Shown: piece after piece, positions 58,080 through 64,000 of the stretch
Position numbering within the stretch: position 1 is the stretch's first letter
Layout: the number at the start of each line of letters is the position of its first letter
Origin: Azolla caroliniana
Lineage: Eukaryota > Plantae > Polypodiophyta
Length of the DNA: 64,000 bases
NCBI GenBank assembly: GCA_043228905.1
Contig: JBHGNT010000017.1
Coordinates: 4,650,001-4,714,000, forward strand
Reading direction: 5' to 3'
The notes under the pieces: model-generated
Databases searched by the model: none
What the model was told of the DNA's origin: nothing
Seen by the model: the letters and a program-made list of their open reading frames with translations, nothing else
Translations under genes and position numbers: made by a program

Positions 58080-58627
58080 AAGAATGGTGCCGGTGGCGGG
58101 AACAACCAACAAGGTGTTACATAGTTCCATCTAACCTCAGCGCTTGCATCCAACATTATAGGAATAGCTGACTACACTCGTCGAGTTCTCCTTCTTTTTC
58201 GAATAGATTTGTTTCTAGAACCCTTATAATTTTCATAATCACCTTTAACTGTATGTACCAATAAGTTCCAAAAAGACTTTACCTGATCCACAACGTGAGT
58301 GTCTTCATCATTGTATAACTTAGAACACCTAGCTTTCCAAAGAACCCATAGAGCCAACGGGGAGACAATCTGCCAAACATAACTCCGCGAGAAGAACTTG
58401 ATTCCCTGCAAGGAGCTTGAAGTAGAATATACATGAAAACTTCGTACATGTAAAGACAAGGAAGAGTGATGATAATGATAAAAAGCCCTTTGTTGATCCA
58501 ACATTCCCCTGGGCCAGAAGATTGCACCCCACGTGAAAATAGCCGACCTATACTTACGACCTAGAAGCAAAAGAATTCGACACCAAAAACTTTTTGTGGC
58601 AACACATTCCCAAAATACATGATGTAA
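58080..58627 (-). mobile_element. LINE (L1-like) ORF2 C-terminal fragment
   Basis: LHHVFWEC (end of the zf-RVT region), WQIVSPLALWVLWKARC and terminal WNYVTPCWLFPPP, with frameshifts. Confidence 0.7.
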
Positions 58628-61059
58628 TGTTGTATTATGAGCTTAACCGACAGGTCCTCACATATGTTTCCGCACGCATATCCGAACAACAACTAGTATC
58701 ATAGTGACTTGCTGCTCAGTGACAACAAACAACCGAAAAGCTGAAAGGAAAAAGATCAGGTCAGTAAAAATCTCACTTTCGAAGAAGAACATGGCTTCAA
58801 CATCTGGAATAGGAGTTTAAATCAAAAAATTCAACGACAAAATTTTTACCCTATGGAAGGAGATGATGCAAGATGTATTGATTATTCAAAGATAGGTCGA
58901 AGCTATTCGACACAATGAAAAGCCCACCTCAATGACAACTGAAGAATGGAGATCTATGGACGAAATCGCTTGCTCCACCATTTGAATGCACCTGGTTGAA
59001 AACATCTACTTTAGCATGACAAAAGAGACGACAACGTTCTCGTTGTGGGAGAAGCTACAAGTCGTGTACGAGAAAAAGTCCTCATCTTCAAAACTGATTT
59101 TGATCAAACAACTGTTCAACATGAAGATGAGAGAGACCGATCCGACTACCTCTCACATCAACACCTTCATCCGGGTGTTGTCAGAACTCTCCTCACAAGG
59201 GATCAACTTCGAAGAAGAAGTGAAAGCCCTTGCCCTCCTATTGATCTTGCCGATGAGTTGGGAGGTATTCTGCATGACATACGCCAATAGCAGACCAATC
59301 CTAAATATGGATGAGATGATCGACCAAGTCCTCACTAAGGACATTTGGCAAAAATCAATTGGACTCACCATCGATGAGTCAGCAGAAACCCACCACTCAA
59401 CCGAGCCGATCGACAAATTTAGTCGATCAAGAGAGCAAGCTGATAGAACCAGTCGGAACACCAACCGATTGAAGACGAGGGGAGACTGACAACGGTCGAA
59501 GTCGAGAACGACCGATCAGGTGAATTTTGCACACATTGTAGAAAATATGGCCACAATGTTTCCGATTGCTAGTCGATCAAGAGGAAAGAGAGTGGTCAAT
59601 GATCTGAGCGAAATCGAGGACGACCCGACTCAAACCACTCTCCTATTAGCAACCAAATCAATGTTGCCGACACCCGATCAAGAGAAATCTTTTCCTTAGA
59701 GGTTTGGATGATCGGAGAAGTCCTCTACAGTGCACAAGATGCACACACGTGGTTACTGGATTCCAGTGCCACATTCCACGTGACCCCTAATATTGAATGT
59801 TTTTTGAACTATTTAGCCGACCCTAGTGGCATAGTCTGATTAGGCAACGAGTAGGAGTGTAGAATCGCAGGGACCGGAGAGCTTCCCATTTGATTGCCCA
59901 ATGGCAACATGATCACCCTGCACCAAGTCCGACACGTACCTTATCTGAAAAGGAGTCTAGTCTCCATCGACATGCTAGCCGAAGACGGGTACAAAACGAC
60001 TCTAAGTGGGTCAACATGGATGATCAATCGTGGAAATCTAAAGATTGGAAGCGGGCATAAGTACAACAACTTGTACCCAATGATGGTGATCAATCCAGAC
60101 AGGGTTGTGGACGTAGCTGAAAAGACCAACCCGAACTTATGGCATGGCCGACTCAGCCATATGTCTCAAGCTAGACTCGATCGGTTGATGGTAGTCGGCT
60201 ACATCCCTAAACTCCAAGCAAAGATGGATTTCTGCGAGCATTGTCAATACAGGAAACAGACTCGAAATCCACACTCTCTCCACTACGAGATGGTACAACA
60301 ACCCCTAGAGCTTGTGCACATAGATATATGTGGGCCCATGCTAGAGCGATCACTAGGAGGCTCCCGGTACTTCATCACATTTGTAGATGAGTGTACACAG
60401 AAGGTTTGGGCCTACTCGATTAGGTCCAAAGACGAAGCGCTCGAGGTCTTCACTCGGTGGATATCTAAAGTGGAGAATTGGTCGGTAGATAGAGTGAAGA
60501 CACTCTGATCCAGCAACGAATGAGAATATACTTCCAGAGCCTTCAAACAGTACCTGTCCGACAAAGGGATCCGACATCAAAGGACCGCTCCTTACATACC
60601 CATGTAGAATGGAGTGGCAGGACGGATCAACCGAATGATCCAAGAGAGGGTGATGGCAATGTTGCAGCAAGTCGAACTGAAGTTGGAGTTTTGGGCTGAG
60701 GCATTGCAAATGGCAATATACCTGGTAAACCTATTACCCTCGAAAGCAATTAGGCTCGAAGTGCCACAACATTATGGTCAGGCAAACAACTGACCCACGA
60801 TAGGCTATGTATATTTAGATGCGAAGCCTACGCATTCATCGAGAAAAGGACCAAGTTTGCGCCCCATGCAACAAAGTGCATATTTCTCGGTTATGGAACT
60901 GATTGGGACTTCGGCCACCGGCTATGGGACCCTAAGAACTGGAAACTAATCCAGAGCAATGACATAGTCTTCAATGAAGACTCTATCTTCTCTCAGCGGA
61001 ACCAGTAGAGAATAGTTGGTAAAAAGGTATCCTTCGAAGACGATAGAGTTGTTGTACAA
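58628..61059 (+). mobile_element. Degenerate Ty1/Copia element (gag, protease, integrase), truncated by a second Copia
   Basis: Decayed PBS tagtatcatag at ~58694 and gag start at ~58791. Motifs WLLDSSATFHVT, LWHGRLSHMS..CEHC, LELVHIDICGP and YFITFVDE, with many stops. Confidence 0.88.
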
Positions 61060-64000
61060 TGTTGAGTGGCAAGCTCAATTGGAGCCGGATCGACTGGATG
61101 AGCCTGAGCTGGTGAGCGAGATGGATCGGTAAGCCGGTGAGCAACCGAGCCGGCAAGCAACAGAGCCGGTTAGCCGGATCCAATCGGTAACCGGAAGCCT
61201 AGTATTAGTTTAGACTACTAGGCAGTTATAGTCTTGTAGTAAGTGTTAGATGCTCGTGTGAGCATTGAAGTACGCGGTACTTCTGTCAGTCCCACGAGGA
61301 CTTGTATAAATAGTGCTACTGAGCACAGTTGTAAGTGAAAGAGTGTCTATATTGTTTTGAATATAGCTTTTACGTTCTGCTCTCTCCGTCTCTCCCGTGT
61401 ACTCCATGTATTCTCTGCTTGCTTTGTTTTCTAACGCTTCCGCAAGTAATCATTTACATGGTATCAGAGCGCGAGGGTTGAGAACCTCTACAGCCGAAAA
61501 ACGCTTGAAAGCAAACCCTAACAGGTCATAAGAACAACAGACAGAGAAGTGATGGATAGAGGAATGGCTAGCTCGCTCCCTATGGAGAAACTCGACAGAT
61601 CCAACTATGCATCTTGGTCGTACAAGATGCACCAGTACTTGCTTGGGCATGGCTACTGGAGTTTCGTCGAAGGAGCTAACGAAACAACACCTGATGCGGC
61701 ACATAAGGATTTCCATGTGTGGGAACAATCGACAAGCAGAGTGATGTACTACTTCGCGTCCAGTGTTAGAGACCAACTGCTGAGCCACATCCGAGACGCC
61801 AAGACGCCGAAGGAGGCTTGGGGAAACCTGAAGAAGGTTTTCGTCACGAGCACTACAACTCGGAAGCTGCAACTCCAACAGGAGTTGAGCAATGTCCAAC
61901 AGAAGGACATGTCGGTGGCGGATTACATGGCCCGGATCAAAGAGATCTGTGACTTGCTTGCCTCTATCAACGTTACCGTAGAGGAAGATGAGATGGTACA
62001 TGTCTGTCTTGGGGGCTTGGTGTCTAAGTTTAGAGCATTCCGAATGACAGTATGTACAAGGGAGAATATGTCGTCATTTTTTGACTTACAGTCGATGCTT
62101 CTTGTAGAGAAGAACCACGCTGGTGCGTCAATTAGCGCACCCATTGACAACCGGATGTTGTACATGGAAGCAGATCGGTCCCGTGGGCGTGGTGGACGAG
62201 GCGGGTTGGCACACAATGGAGACGGCTGACAAGACCAGGAACAAAGGCACAGAGAACGTGCCGACAACAGTTCCGGACCCTTCGGGAGCAGGGGGAGTCA
62301 TGGCGGCACCAGAAGACGGCAAGAGAAGACTGCAACAGAATGCTGGTACTGTGGCAAAAAGGGCCACAGAGAAAGCGAGCGCTGGAGAAAACACGCTGAT
62401 TCAGATAAATCCGGATCCGGCAAGGCCGACAAGGATGGCCGGCAAAGCTCGCACTATGCGAAGGGATCGGGAGGATCCAAGAACGGTAACGGGCCAGCCT
62501 TGGTGATGAAGCACGAGGCGAACTCGATGAAGAAAAGACCACTTCCAAATTGGAGGAAGTGTGGTATGTTGATTCCAGTGCGTTGAACCACATGACGAAC
62601 CACAAAGAGTGGTTCTTCTTTTTGAAGAAACCGGATCAACAAGGAGTAGTCGAAACCGGAGATGACACTCCTCACCCAATTGTGCATGTCAGAGAAGTCC
62701 CTTTGAGCCACGTCGGACAGAAGGGAAAGGTGATGAACATATTACATGTTCCAACAATCACGAAGAACCTGGTGTTGGTCGGACAGATCGTCGAACAAGG
62801 GATGCAGGTGCGGTTTACGCACCTCGGGTGCTTCATCGAGGAAGAGGGCCAAATTATTGCGCAAGGGCACAGAGACGGAGGATGTTTATCCTCAACACCA
62901 ATGACGTCGGCACCACTCTATTTGCAAAAGGACAGAAGGTCGAATCAGACATCGACCTATGGCACAAGCGGATAGGCCACGTCAATTACCGGAGGCTTCA
63001 AGACCTGCAAGCGAAACAAGTTGTTTTCGGTTTGCCGAAGCTTAGCGGCCGGAAGGCCCAAGTATGTGAAGCCTGCCAACTCGGGAAGCAACACCGGCTT
63101 CCATTCCCCACCGAACGTAACCGGAGCCATAACAAGCTCGACCTTATCCATTCAGATGTGTGGGAACCGACACAGAATGTTAGCCTTGGCGGGAGTCGAT
63201 ATTTCGCCTCCTTCATCGATGACTATACGTGGCACACATGGATCTACCTCATTGAGCGGAAGAGTGAAGTATTTGAGTGTTTCCGGAGTCTCCAAAACAT
63301 GGTGGAATGGGTCTCCAAAACATGGTGGAATGGGAATCGGAGAGGAAGATCAAATGCTTGCGGTCGGATGGCGGAAAAGAATACTTTTCCGGCCAATTCA
63401 ACAGTTATCTGCAGCAAAAGGGAATTTGGCGAGAGTTCAGCTGCAGATACACACCGCAACAGAATGGTGTTGCCGAAAGGAAGAACCAGTCGCTTATTGA
63501 TGCGGTAATGGCAATGCTGGAGGAGAAGAGCATGCCCAAATTCTACTGGGCGGAGGCAGTCTGAACGACTGTCTACATCCAGAACCGGATCGGTGACAAG
63601 GTGTCAGCTCACGAGTTGTATTTCGGGCGCAAGCCAAATTTGAGACACCTTAAGATCTTCGGTAGCATTGCATATGTGCATGTACCGGATGAGAAGCGGA
63701 GGAAGTTGGATGCAAAATCAGAAAAATGCATCCTAATCTGCTATGCTCAAGAGCAAAAGGGTTATAAGTGTTATAACCCCCGGACAAAGCAAGTCCGAGT
63801 TAGTTGAGATGTTGAGTTCGATGAATCGGCATCGTGGTACTCCTTACCGGCTCCGACTTCCGAATCCGACCCGATGCCGGAGGATGAGGCTAGTGAGCCT
63901 GAACCAGCCCAGGTAGATGATGATGAAGCGTGGACTCAGGATGAGAGTCCGGAATCATTTCGGTTGAGTGGGTCGAACGAGAGACTGAGTCAATCTGACC
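61060..64000 (+). mobile_element. Second Ty1/Copia element (5' LTR, PBS, gag, protease, integrase), pseudogenised and running off the window
   Basis: LTR TGTTG...TTACA at 61060-61458 with tataaata at ~61305, and PBS TGGTATCAGAGC at 61459-61470. Motifs EKLDRSNYASW, CWYCGKKGH, WYVDSSALNHMT, LWHKRIGH..C..C and QQNGVAERKN. Lesions include TGA at 62227, frameshifts and a 23-bp tandem duplication at ~63288-63333. Confidence 0.93.

Overview
Eukaryotic (land-plant) nuclear DNA. The PLS-PPR style, LINE C-terminus and intron layout suggest a non-seed vascular plant such as a fern, but that is inference only. There are five host genes: a GPI-anchored nsLTP (-, runs off the left edge), a greatly lengthened WPP-domain-associated coiled-coil protein (-, 4 coding exons), a type II PI4-kinase gamma with no ubiquitin-like domain (+), an intronless PLS-E PPR gene (-) and a 13-exon NDR/AGC kinase (-). 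A full-length chromodomain Ty3/Gypsy element (20311-32698; LTRs identical by eye; CAATG TSD) carries a full-length Tnt1/Tork-like Ty1/Copia (23595-28929; GTAAA TSD) inside its pol gene. Also present are three hAT-type MITEs, a Tc1/mariner (pogo-like) non-autonomous element, Copia remnants, a LINE 3' fragment and several tandem repeats. The most unusual signals are (1) a regularly spaced five-hairpin array inside a predicted intron of the Gypsy 5' leader, (2) non-canonical TG...TA Gypsy termini and (3) a 348-bp higher-order repeat expansion in the WAP coding exon. All calls were made by eye, and nothing was aligned or searched.
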